Assembly: GCF_018977255.1 (NCBI RefSeq)
Contig: NW_024704742.1
Span: forward strand, 25,484,001-25,548,000
From: Callorhinchus milii
Taxonomy: Eukaryota
Reading direction: 5' to 3'
DNA length: 64,000 nt
The notes under the pieces: model-generated
Database searches by the model: none
What the model saw: only the letters and a program-made list of their open reading frames with translations
What the model was told of the DNA's origin: nothing
Translations under genes and position numbers: made by a program
In this document: one piece after another, positions 1 through 12,810 of the stretch
Position numbering within the stretch: position 1 is the first letter of the stretch
How the letters are laid out: the number at the start of each line of letters is the position of its first letter

Positions 1-78
1 CCATGCTGTGCCAGTCTGTTGTGTCATATAGGGCTGGGATCCAGGCTCAATCTGCTCTTCTGTTAGCTCTGCTGATAC

Positions 79-97
79 GTGTGTGTGTGTGTGTGTG
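79..97. repeat. (TG)n microsatellite
   Basis: gtgtgtgt... run. Confidence 0.9.
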
Positions 98-2773
98 ACA
101 GTGGGGGGATGGTGGCGGGGTACAGGGAAGACAGGAGAAAGCTCGTGCTGCTCTTTTGCACCTCCTCGTGACCAGTTCAGTGTGTTACAGTGGTGGCTTG
201 GATTCCAGCCCAGCCTCTGAGTTTTAGTGGATGTGTGGTCCAATTTAGTGGTGGGGCAGGGAGAAGCAGGGAAAGATACGCAGTTTTTTTAAAATTTATA
301 TTCCTGATAGATTTTCCATCCAAATTTAAGAAGAGTAGGCATGAAGTTCCTTTGCCTCTGTGGAGCTGCAGTAATTTCAAATTAATTTTGTACAGTACTT
401 GTACAGTTCTTGAGCTGTCAGTCAGTTGTCAATCAGCCCTGTGGTTTGGCTGGGATTGCAGTCTGCTGTCACACTGGTGCCTATGATTCTGCATTTGCCC
501 ACATGCTTGACTGATTGGTGTAAAAGGAAATGGATGTGAGAAACTTTATTCTCACTCACTGAAGAGAATTGAAGGTGGATTGTTTTCAGGTTAGCCGTAT
601 TTTTCGGGAGTGCTTTAGATTGCCATTTTTTGAAAGAGTGGCACAGTATACCTGCAACTGTTGCTTTGCTCGTGTGCACTGGTCAGTTTTCCATCTTGTA
701 ATGCCATTATTTCCTGATTCCTTCCACCATTTTATTGACTTTGGTTCTTTGTTACAAAAGCACTTTCGCCCTTCACCCCACCCGCGCCCTCTCCCTCAGT
801 TGGTATATGGATGCATGGGTATGGACATGCTCTAGTGGCCAGTCCGAATCGCCGATTGTAGGGGTTGCAAACTGCCTCAAAAGGGCACTAATCATTTGCA
901 AAGAACTAACTAAATGCCATTTGGAGAGAGGCAGCAGTCACCGTATGGCCAATAAGATAAAGCACTTCATTACCTTTCAGGGCACAGCTAGCTGATCCTG
1001 AGCGTGCTTGTGCTTGTGACTGCAGCTTAGCCATTTAATCAAATCAGTAATCACAGCAGGCAAGGCTGCACGGTTGACTTTGATATCTGTCAATATTTAC
1101 AAAGCGTGTGTTGGAAAGCAAACAGTCAGAGAGCATAAATGTTTCCTAATTCAATTTAATAGCCCCTCTCATTTATTAGAAAAAGAAGGGAGTTTCTCCC
1201 AGTGCCTTGGCCAACAATCCCCCAGATAAAATCGGTTATTCGCTTCACTTCAGAGCTGCTTGTGAGACAAAGCTGTGCACAGATTGGTTGCCGCATTCAC
1301 CTACAAATACACTTTCCAGTAAAATCCTGTGTAGTGCTTTACGATGGCACAACAACATGATTAGTGCTATATCAAATGCAAGGACTATTATTATTATTTG
1401 ACCCATTTGTACTGTGAGTCTCTGTTGTTATGAATTATGATTATTTTTTAAATATAAAGCTGGCATTCTCAAATTATTGAATACTTCAATATATTTGACT
1501 GGGAATCTCTTCAGTATCCTCTGTTCAGTAAGATTGGGAGAAAGAAGGTAAATTGCTTTGGCACGTCTTCCCTACGTGAAGCGTGCTATGTAAATATAAT
1601 TTGTCGGGCTGGACTCCTAGCTGGAGATTTTATTAGACCAATTATATGGTCTACCTGTAGGTTCTTCTACAGATAGCAGAGCAGAAGTTAGGATCGGTCT
1701 TGCAATGAGAAGTCACACATTTACCTCTTATGACTGGAATTGATTTGGAATGGTTTTGAGTAATCCTTCACTGGGGAATATTGTCAAATCTAAGAACTGG
1801 CTAACAACGATTTGACCCATTGGCCAGACATCACTGCTCTTGTTTATGTACATTTTCTAACTATTGACATTCATTGAATTGATAACAGGATGGGTAAGGT
1901 GTTAGCAGCACTACTTCAGACATAAAGTCTTAACAACGAGGATTAGGAAATACGACAATGTGTTTGAATTCATGCGATTGTGCAAGTGGACAAATGTTTG
2001 TCAATACCATTCATTGGTTTCTCTGAAACAATTGTATTTCTAATACAACAGGTTATGTTTCCTTTCTTAGAGATAATTTTCCATTTGTTTAACTTGCCCT
2101 TGTCTCCCAGCCTTAATGTCAAATTAATATTGCTGGGTATCACGTATTCCAGATTTAGGTGAGAGGATGTGTCACTTCATACTGTCAGTCCGGTTGCTAT
2201 CATGCTTTCTGTCACTGATGCAAGATGTTCCTATTGTGTAATGAGATGAACACGATTTGTTTTTCTCACAGACCACAGTGAAAGATCCTGCCTTATTGTT
2301 CTAACAGTAGCTGAAGGAGGTCAATGTCAGTGGTCAGAAGGTTGCTGGCTTACATATCAATTAGCTGCCGCATTTTGCCCACAAAATACACAGTCAATCC
2401 TCTTCTGATTGACCGTATATTATGTGAAGCGCTTTGAGACTTCTCAACAACGTCATTAGGCACTGTTTCAAATGCAAATATTATTATTATTATTATCAAT
2501 TGAAGTCTGCTGTGTCAGGGTAAGAACATTGCTATATTTGTTCTTGCAGGTGGAAAGGCACATTTACTGGTTAATCAGCAGTAGAATTTAGATGAGCAAT
2601 TGATATTCGGAACTGCACTTTCCCACCTATCGCTGACAGTGAATAAAATCATTCGATCTCCAATCTTCAGCACTAATTGCATAGGGAGAAATTCCACCTG
2701 AGTCCATATTTTCTCTATTTATGTAGCAAATTGGAGAATATTGGAGAATATTGAATGGAGCATATTGGAGTAT

Positions 2774-3110
2774 GTGGAGTCCTGCAGCTCAGTGATTAGA
2801 GCGCTCGCCTCACAAGCGAGAGACCCGGGTTTGATTCCCAGCAAGGTTCCTTACTCCACAAGCTTCTGCTTACCTAGCAGTAAGTAGGAACCCGGGTGTT
2901 AATCGATGGCGGAGCGCTTTTCCGGGGGTAATAATTCCTTAAAAAAAAGGTAATTCAATCCACAACTGTTTGTGGGACACTGCAGTGCGCAATTGGCTGC
3001 TGCATTTCGCCCCAAAAATATACAGTCAATTCAGTTTACAGTATATTCTGTGAAGCGCTTTGAGACCTCTCGAAGACATGAAAAGCACTATATCAAATAC
3101 AAGGACTTTG
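2774..3110 (+). mobile_element. tRNA-derived SINE, older/longer variant with L2-like tail
   Basis: Head ggagtcctgcagctcagtg...gggtttgattcc (A/B boxes); body tgtttgtgggacac...ttggctgc; tail gtgaagcgctttgagac...ctatatcaaat. Confidence 0.85.
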
Positions 3111-3849
3111 GAATAAAGCAGCCATTGAAGCTTCTGTTCCACCGCCACCCAAGGAGGAAAACAAAGCAAGGGTTTCAGAGGCAGATAAAACACCCAGGGC
3201 TGTTACAATCAAGATTGGGGCCCGCACAACCGAGACTGGTAAGCATATTCAAAATGTACTTGGCCATTTGTGGAATGTATTTCAGATATTTTTGCTGTAA
3301 ACTGATCATATGCACTACAAAGATCTTTTCCATTCTGAAGTAAAGTTAACATAATGCAGATATATTTTTGACATGGCTGATACAGTAGCTTTATTACAAA
3401 ATGCCTGAACTACCTTTACAATATGGGCTTTGATGTGATGTGATGATCTCCTCATATGATATTTTTCTTCTCTCCTTAGTCAAGTGAGCCTGAAACATTT
3501 GGAATTCAGAGGTAAACAACAAAGCAGATGCAACAGATGCAGATGCAACCGTGGAAAGCACCGAAACAGATATCCTGGTGACTGCAGTAATGTTTGGTGC
3601 TACATTAGCATCAAATGATCATGTTGATGGCATTGTAGAACCGTTAATAGTAGTGGTGGAAGGCAAATCACTAGAGGCCATTCTAGGGCAGAGCAAATAC
3701 AGGTGTGAAGTGCGTATGCAGTAGCAGGTGGCTGAGTGGCCAGTGATTACATTTTCAAGGGCATGAGGATGAGATATTCCTAGTATATTGAGATATTATT
3801 ATTATATTCCTCTTTGAGATTCATTGGATGTTGGGAATGAAGAATAACT

Positions 3850-4230
3850 CGATTTCAGGATCATCACACTCACCTACAAATCACTTCATGCCCTAGCACC
3901 CCCCTCTCTTTCCAACACGCTCACACCGCACTCCTCTACCTGTCCCCTTTGCTCAGCCAACTCTGGCTTCTTGCACCATCCGTCAATTCTTCTGATCCAT
4001 CATCGGTGGCTATGCTTCCAGCCACTATGCCATGAACCTCTGAAACTCCCTGTCTCAATCCCTCTGGTTTGTCCCCTCTTTGCCCATCTTCAGATTGCAC
4101 CTGGAGACTTCCCTCTTGGATTGCGCCTACAGTCATTTCCCCTTTCTCCCAGGCTCGGCATGAAATTACGTCATTGTTTAGTGCTGTAAGACGCTCTATC
4201 AATTGAAATTAAATACCTTATTGCTGTTGT
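3850..4230 (+). mobile_element. L2-like LINE 3' fragment
   Basis: C-rich decayed ORF end with tail gacgctctat...tgttgttg like other L2 copies here. Confidence 0.6.
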
Positions 4231-5649
4231 TGACAGCACACGGTTCTACTATGGAGGGAATACTATTGATACAGAAGCTGGAATGAATCCACATTGATAT
4301 GCAGCTACAATATCATAGAAACAATGTTGCAAACTACTCTGACTGAAGTTATACCTGACATGGGGTCCACTTAAAAAGAAACCTTTGAGGATGGTGTTTG
4401 CAAATACTTGAGCAGGATTGCTGTTAGGTGTATAATCATAATAATAATAATTTGTGCATTTGATATAGTGCCTTATCAAGTCTTCTAACGTCTCAAAGCG
4501 CTTCATAGAATACAGTGTAAAGTGAGTTCATTGTATGTTTTGTGGGCGAAACGATAAGAGTAAATGTTACAGTTGTTGTCAATCAGACTTGTCTCAGTTG
4601 GTAGGCAGCTGGTTGAGAAAATACTAAGTACTTTTGCACAAAGACTGCGGCATGACAGGAAATAGTTTCCTTAACAGTGATATAAAAATAATAATAATAA
4701 TCCTTACATTTGATATAGAGGCTTATCATGTTGTTGAGACGTCTCAAAGCGCTTCACAGAATATAGTGTAAAGTGAATTGACTGTATATTTTGTGGATGA
4801 AACGCAGCAGTCAGTTTCACACAGCTGTGTCCCACAAACAGTCATGGATTGAAGTGACCAATTTATTATTATTTTTTGTTTTGAAGGAATTTTGTGATTA
4901 TTGTGAATGATCCATGATCTAGGTACCCAACATGGATTGAGTGACCAAATTATTATTAATTAGTGATTAATGTCTACCTCAAGCAGGATATCATTGGAAG
5001 CCTCTGAACCATTATGAACAGCTTCAATACATTTATTGTCCTAATGCACAGATATCAGAGAGAATCTCTGATCCCTCCAACACTCCACACTGTATATTGC
5101 AACGGTTCATCCAAATGGTTGCTATAGTGGAAAGGATTTCAAAGGAGATCTGTGTATCAGTGTTTGCAATGGAAATTAAATAGGTGCTCAGTTTGAAGAA
5201 ATTTAAAAGTTACAGTGAGGCAAACCTCAAATATATGCTTTTGAGCTTTGAAAATACATTTTCACTGGTATTTTTCATTTTTTCATTTATTAATATGGGT
5301 TTTGGATTGAACAAAAAATTGGCCCAAAAGATGTAAAATGAAACATTGTATGTTTTGTTCTCTTCATTTTGTTTTTTCTACATTGTGTTAACTGTCATTA
5401 CATCTATATATTTGTTAAGTATAGTTGCACATACTTTATATGCAAAGCCTGACAGCAGTAAATAGAAACCACTGTGAAATTAATAGCATGAACGAATTGT
5501 AAAGCAGAGTGAACTGCGGTTATTGGCAATAATGATTTTTTCATTTGAATTTGCTTTTGGTGAGGTTAATACAGATTTTTCTTGCCAATAGGAGGCCATA
5601 ATTTCTTGGCCAAGCTGTTGGATTTCTAGATTGACATTTCAATGCAGGG

Positions 5650-6005
5650 CTGACGTGTTCTGCATTGTTGGAGATGCTTTCCTTTGGATGAGACATTTAA
5701 CTGAGGTCATGTCTACCTGTTAAGGTGGATGTTAAAGATTTCACGGCTCTACCTGTATTTGAAAAAGAAGGGATGTTTTGTTGGTGTCCTGGCCAGCGAT
5801 CCCCCAGATAAAATTGATCATTCACTTCATGATGATTTATGTTTGTGAAACATCTGGGTGAAAATTGGCCACTGTATTCGCCTATGAAATACGCAGTTAC
5901 AACAACAGCAGCAGCAACACTTTATAGTATATCTTGTGAAACCCATCGGACATTCTCCCAACTTTAAAGGGTCTATACCAAATATAAAGATTATTATTAT
6001 TGTTC
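5650..6005 (+). mobile_element. Deu-domain SINE fragment
   Basis: ggatgagac...aggtggatgttaaagat...gtcctggcca core. Confidence 0.75.
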
Positions 6006-7189
6006 ATGTGAAAAATTCTGGTTGCAAAGAAAGAGCAATGAGAGTCACTGAGATTCCATCCTCCTCGATCAGAAAGCAGCATTTGGACTCCCTCTCTGAT
6101 TAAACATCTTCACAGATTTCTCTTTATATAATGATGGATAATTGAGTCATTTCTCACAGAGAATTTTATGTGAATATGACCTTTTAATCCGTTCCTCTTC
6201 TGTGCTTGTCAACATCATCCATTCTTCCTAACTGTTCCTCAGAGAGAACAATGGCTGCTGCATTTGGAAGGAAACACGTTATGCAAATGGGTGAAAGGGC
6301 TGTTTTTGGCCCAGTGGTGCTATAATCATTGGAGGGTTGATTTATTGCTTGCAACAAAGAATAGGGACTCGGAGCCTGGCAAAAATGTGTAACAATAGTA
6401 CAGGTGAAACATATAAAATAATCATAGACATAGAGTCCATATATGCAAGGTGTTGTAACGTGTGCTGACTGTGGATTCCTATTCAGCGATGCCAGAAAGT
6501 GGAAAACAAATTTATTCATAAGAAATACACAAAAATCGTGTAAGGTGCCTTCTATAGGCAGATTTGCATTAATAATCTGCAACTAAAAGATCGCATCAAA
6601 GATCACGGGAGTATGCTTTAAATCATTTAATAGCAAAATGAGTCTACTGGGACCGGATTAGGACAGGATTTATTTTTAGGAGGATTTGTACATCTGCCTT
6701 CTTCAGAAAATAATCCACATGGTGGGTAAAATAGTTGAGACTACACTAGCACTCTGGACAATAAAACGGTATCCGACCGGCTAAAATGACACTTCCTGCA
6801 CAAAGTTCTCTCAAGATTCAATAAATGGAACTCCCTTATCTACTCAAACACCTTGTCCTCTGAAATCACTAGTGCTAGGGGAAGACATTTCAGTACAGTA
6901 TAAAAGGAAATTAACAGTAAATAAGTGACTCAAACATGATGCCCAGATGAGTGTAAGATTGCTGGATGAATATCTTTTTCTTATATGTTCATTGAAATTG
7001 TAAACTGATGCACAAATTGTTATGTGTGCATTTTAAATATATGCTTCAATTACTGTATCACTCAAGATTTATAATTGTTGTCAAATCAGCAAGAAAGAGA
7101 TTTTTTTTAAAGTTGCTGCAAAGGGATGAAAGCATCCATGTCTTCTGCTTTTAAGATATAATCTACAACTCTAAATGCGAGGAGATTTA

Positions 7190-7850
7190 GCTTTCTCCAC
7201 CTCAACCTGCCCTTCTTATCCAAGATGCTGGAACGAATCGTTGCTTTCTAGGATTGCTACTTCCTTTCCCACCACTCCCTCTATGAGACCCTCTAATCTG
7301 GTTTCCATCCTGCCCACAGCATTGAGACTGCCCTGGTCAAAGTCACCAATGATGTCCTCTTCCTGTGCGACCAAGGCTCCCTTTGCCTCCTTGTTCTCCT
7401 TGATCTCTCCAACCCCTTTCGTACCATCGACTACTCCATCCTTATCCATTTGCCCTCCTCTCTGCTCCTCCTGTGTAGTAGCTCTGTAGCGGTGTCCAAC
7501 CCCAACATTGTGCAGCACTCCAAAATGCTACCTCCAAAATGCTACCCAAAATGAAGGGCGTAATATAAATTCAAGATGTTTCTCTTTCCTGGTTTCACCC
7601 TTACTTATCCCTGTGTCCACTTTGTCTCCTCTAATGCCTTCTTCCCTGCCCCCATCATAAAAACACATGTGACATTCATCAGGGCCTTATCCTTGGTTCT
7701 CTCCTTTTCACCATCTGTAAACTTACCCTTTGGTGACCTAATCTGTAGGCATGGGATCCACGTCCACATGTGCGAGCATGGCACAAAACTCTATCTCTCT
7801 GCCTCTACCCTCGAATCCAGGACCACTGATATTCTGTCTTTCAGTGTTAC
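7190..7850 (+). mobile_element. L2-like LINE reverse-transcriptase fragments
   Basis: Encodes SGFHPAHSIETALVKVTNDV-like and LPFGDLICRHGIHVHMC-like RT segments, disrupted. Confidence 0.75.
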
Positions 7851-9928
7851 ATTTTACTTCATGGCTCTGGGATGTTGCTGTGCACAGATTGGCTGCTGCA
7901 TTCGCCCACAAAACACACAATCATTCCACTTTACATAATATTCTGTGAAGAGCTATTGAGGCAACGTGAAAGGAGTTATACTGAATATAAGGAAACTAAT
8001 TAATATGAGAAGTTCTTACAAAAAATTACAGAAAAAATGGCCTCAGAATTAAAAACTGTATTTAAGAATTTGAAAAAAATCTGGATGGTCTGAAATGCTA
8101 TGTTAATGGAGTAAATCTAGATGCAGTGGGAATTTTACTCCTTGTATCTTTTCACAAAATTTGGTTGTGAATAATGGCTCTAGTAGAGAGCTGTGACTCA
8201 TGAAAAGCTCGGTTTGCTAATAGAAACATAAGGAAGCATCTCAAGTGAAAAGAAACCAATTTGTATTGAATGAAAGGTCTAAAATATCAATCACTCTGTC
8301 GTGAATAGTTTTAGGCATAATAGTTGACTTATATCAATTTGGAAATTGAGTAATAGGCAGCTGGTGGGGACCAAAGAATGAAACAGGGAAGTGTTTTTGA
8401 CTGACTACATGTTTCATTAATAAATGGACATCTGATATTAAATGTAAGGATTAATATGATTATTATCTTTTCCTTTCCCACTCTTGCACACATCAAACTC
8501 AAGTCTGCTGCACATTCCCAACCCCCTCCGCCCCACTATCAGTGAACAAGCCTTCAGCAACTATGCCCCCATCCTTTGAGGTTCTTTTCCTCTACCCTTC
8601 CATTTCGCCCACTCTTATCTTTAAATCCCCCCCACAATCACCTCCTCCTTCCAGTCCTCCCTTACTTGGCATCCAATCCTTGCTCTATGAAGCACTCTGA
8701 GATGTTATCTCAGGTAAAGGCAGAGACATCCCAACAATTTTCATTTTGGCATTTATATGCCAAATAATATCCCCTTTGTGTGGGATAACTTTTCAGAGTG
8801 CTTCTCAGACTAAGACTAGGGAAAATTTCAAGCCTATTGAGTTGCTTGCAGGAGATGCACTTCACTTACCGAAGAATTTTTCAGGGCTACGAGTTGTCAC
8901 GTACGTTGCCACTTTATCTGTCTAGTCCTTTTTCAACCATGCTGCTTCATCAAATGTGAGGAAAATTGCCCCGAAAGGGATCTGGAACTGAAAGTGGCAG
9001 TTACTGCTTTAGTTGAAATTATCTAATCAGGGGAGGAGGGTTTTAGGGCAACTGCCTTCCAGGAGATTTGCAGCAACAAACGTGACATTAAGACTTACTG
9101 GCTCGGCGGTAACCCCTGTCAGATGTCCTGGGTGAGTGCCCTATGGAATGATTTTCCATGTGTGAAAGCAGAGATTAATAAAAATCAACAGACTCAGTTA
9201 GCAGTTCATGAAACTACCAGACTGCCAATGAATAAGGTAACTGGTGGATTAGAACTGTGTCTGTTGATGTAACTTTCTCCTCTTGCCAAGAAGGATTGTG
9301 AAGATGGACAGCCCTCTAAATATGAAAGGATGGCTGGTCATGATGAGTAATGGCCTGAGACCATTTTAATGGCTACAGACCTGACATCTACAGTTCAAAC
9401 AGGCTGTGTTGGATGAGCAGTCTATGTAAATCTATGCAGAGTAATTTGGCTGGATAAGGGGCATGGACTGTGCATTGAGTTTCATGGAGTTTCTGATTGA
9501 ATAATGTTCCACAGAATATCCAGAACCCTTTTCATTTTATCACTGCATAACAACTGAACCAGACTGATGTGGGTTTTTTTCCCCTGTTGCTTATATCAGC
9601 ACTGGATAGAAGCTGCAATGCTACTTTTTCTAGGCTTTTGTTGACCTCAATTGAGTTTAACCTTTTCAGTTAACCTACTTGTGGATGAGCTTGTCGTTCA
9701 TTTTGTGAATTTATTCATCTATGAATATCAATGTTTTATTCTTCTTTTCACCACTCGTGTTTTCTCCAACCCACTTCTTTCTCCTGCATTTCTGATTCCA
9801 GACTTAGTTACACATTCTTAGGATATAAAGTGCTGAGGTAACCGACTTAAAAGCTCTGAGGCCCCAACCCTTCATAGTCGTAACCTGCAGTAATTCTGCA
9901 TAATTGTGAAAAGTTATGCTCAATATTA

Positions 9929-10184
9929 AGGCTGAAGGCTAAAACTATAAGACTTTCAAGCCTCAATTCCACGCATTTGTAGCCTATGAGAACCATTTAA
10001 GATTGCCCAGAAGTGAAGAAAATTCATAAATTCAGCCTTAGTTTCGAAGCGGGTTTGTTTTAAGAACTGTGGATAACCGGCTTCTAAATTAAGACTGAAT
10101 TTAAGAATTTGTCCTCAATGCTAAGTCATCTTAAATTTTAAAACAAAATTATTTTTTGGGCTATGTCAAGTTGAATTTCAGCCT
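9929..10184. mobile_element. Palindromic MITE-like element
   Basis: Imperfect inverted repeat 9995-10136 plus outer aggctgaa/ttcagcct; related halves at ~19228-19305 and ~40988-41100. Confidence 0.6.
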
Positions 10185-10299
10185 GAGGAAGCCTGATAAT
10201 TTAATGATGGCGGAAATGGGCACAGAAAATGCTGCAAATGCCTTCTTCAGAGTTTAGGGAAGATTTGCAGCCAGAACAAAGAGAGCAACTTATATCTTG

Positions 10300-10660
10300 A
10301 AACATAGAAACCTATAAATCTATAACTAAAAGGAGGACATTCGGCCCATCAATTCTCCGCCGGTTCCCAATGCAAGGAGATCCCTATATCCTTTCTAGTC
10401 CCACTCTTTCTATATGCTTATCTACTTCACTGAAAGCCACAATCGACTCCACCACCCTACTCAGCAGGACATTCCACATCCCAATAAAAAAAATCCTCCT
10501 AAGTTCTCCTTTCGCTGTCCTTGTGGCTCGGTTATAACTATATCCCCCAGTTACCGACTCCCTATCAATGGAAATAACTTCTCCCTATTTACCTTGTCAA
10601 AACCCTTCATAATTCTCTACACCTTTATTATGCCCTTCCTCAACCTTCTCTGCTCCCAAT
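10300..10660 (-). mobile_element. CR1-like LINE 3' fragment
   Basis: catagaaac tail, cattcggcccatc and cccttcataatt...aaccttctctgctcc typical of antisense CR1 ends. Confidence 0.7.
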
Positions 10661-11602
10661 TTTGGAAACAATTTTGCAAGATCACAAGGGAGGCTAATCA
10701 ACATCCTTTGGCCCATTTATTCTCATCCTTTCAAAAAAACCTACCCTCCCCATTTTCCCAATAAAGCATCAAGCTGTTTCGTAAGCGAGCCTTTTATCCT
10801 GGCCTCAACCACACTTCCTGGAAACCCATTCTCATCTGTTAGTGGGGGAAGAACTGTGTGCTCTAATCTTGCTGCATTGGTTTAGGAGAACAAGCAGATG
10901 AGTTCCTAATACCTTCAGCCTCAAACTATTTCAGAATGAGGGCTGAAGTATCCATAGTAAAACGATTTCCAGCATCAGCGATTCGTCTTGTGATCTGTAC
11001 TGTTGGTTTTGATTCATTTTCCTCAGTATTCAGTGAACAACAGTTGTCAGAGAAAATTAAGTCTCTTTCCTTGACTCTAGTTGCCTGTGCAGTGTTTTGA
11101 ATGTTGTCTAGCAGCCGAGAACAATATGAAGTGTCAACAATGAAACGACAGATGAGTTCTCTTTAGACAACATTTCATTGTCGTAGCATAAAGGTTTGCA
11201 GATTTTTTCATTTGGTGGTTGTGTGGGCCACATTTCACCCACAAAACACACAGTCAATCCACTTTACAGTGCTTTGAGACAGCTCAAAGATGTGATAAGG
11301 CACTATATCAAATGCAAAGATTATTATTAGTAGTAGTAATACTATACCATTGCAGCTGGATCATAAAGAAATCATTAAGAATCTGGGGTAGAAAGTGCAT
11401 TGGATGAATATTTGACAAAAGTAAGGTTTAAGATTGATGGTAAATCATTGGAAGTGGGGTAAGAAAGCTACAAATAATAGATCTTCAGATAAATATGGAA
11501 CACTGAACCCTTGTTTGATAATGATATTGTCAAAAGCTCTGTTTTGTTAAATATAGTGGAAGTTTATATGTTGATATTGGATGATGTGATTTGTTGCTGT
11601 GT

Positions 11603-11930
11603 GAGTCTGACTCAGTTGGTAGTTATCTCACCTCTGGGGCAGAAATTAATGGGTTCAAACCCTGTGTTGGGGATTTTGAGCTTGCAGTCTATACTGACAC
11701 CACAGCAGTGCTGGCGGTGCCCTAGATTGCAGAGGTGCCGTACTTCAGGTGAAATGTTACACCAAAGTCCCATCTGCATTTCTGATGGACGTTAAAGATG
11801 CCATGGCATGAGTCAAGAAGAAAAGAAAGCTTCTCCCGGCATCCTGGTCAACAATTCTCCAGATAAATTAGTCATTTGCTTCATGGTTGTGTGTGTGTAA
11901 ATTGTGCTTGCTACACAGTCACTACACTTT
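11603..11930 (+). mobile_element. Deu-domain SINE (tRNA head + Deu core)
   Basis: ctcagttggtag...gggttcaaacc head, then gaggtgccgtacttcagg...ggacgttaaagatgccatggca. Confidence 0.8.
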
Positions 11931-12166
11931 ATAGTAGTGTACCTTCCTCTTCGACCGTGCCTATGGTCACCACCCCTTTCTTCCTGGCTCTGCACCAAAC
12001 TCCACCATTGTTCAACGCTCCAAGACACTACCCCATGTGCAAGTTGTTCTTGTTGTTGTTATTGTAAAGCATTTTATGTTGTATGTAATATGTCAAATGC
12101 TAGTATTATTATACTATAATAGTAAGTTCCCATTGTACTGAATTTTGTTTCTCCTCTTCCTTGCAG

Positions 12167-12283
12167 GTTATAGTTAAAACGAGGGCAGAGTATCAGCCAA
12201 ATCAAAAGAAAGGAAAGCTTCAGGCACCAAAAATCGCTGAGTTTACCATCAGCTTCACCGATGGGGTTTCGGAGCGGTTTAAG
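12167..12283 (+). CDS. NSG1: NSG1/NEEP21 internal coding exon (cytoplasmic region): [39 protein letters not shown]
   Basis: Polypyrimidine tract + ttgcag acceptor, AAG|gtaatt donor; 117 nt, phase 0/0. Translation matches the recalled NSG1 segment [39 protein letters not shown], including the extension absent from NSG2. Not in the ORF track. Confidence 0.93.
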
Positions 12284-12379
12284 GTAATTGTTATAAATTA
12301 AAGATATTGTCCTCATTACTTCGGGACTTCTAGCAACTATCTACACAAGTTCCAGGCCATATAGAACTCTGCGTCTTAT

Positions 12380-12810
12380 GTTATCTCAGGCACCTGGCTA
12401 CATGAGCCCAAAACTCCCTTCCTCGCTCAGCTCCCATTTTCTCCCCATCCCCTGGTCGATCGAATTCAACATTCTCATCCCCACTTTCAGATGTTTCCAT
12501 AGCCTCGCGCAACCACACCTCTGCTCTGTGGTGACCCTGCTGCCCAGCCTTTCCCTTTGCCTGCATCTTGTCCTGCAAGCTTTCAGTCATTCTGCCCTTG
12601 TTCTCTGGAACTCTTTCCCAGAGTTCTTCTGCGTCATCCCCTCCCTCCCTATATTCAATACCCTCCTTAAGACTTAATCTCTTAAGACCCTTTTTCTTGG
12701 CTGCCTTCCTCCACCCCCAGCTCAGGATCCAAGTCAGTTGCATAGAGCTATTTCAGTGGTTCTCCTGTTGTCAAAAGTGTTACATAAATGTAAATTATTG
12801 TTATTGCTGT
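12380..12810 (+). mobile_element. L2-like LINE 3' fragment
   Basis: LPIPWSIEFNILI...LWNSFP relic of the L2 ORF2 C-terminus plus tail. Confidence 0.7.

Noticed and set aside
1..12166. First coding exon of NSG1 (MVKLG...PPPDK)
   Set aside because: No matching sequence found by eye; probably upstream of the window.
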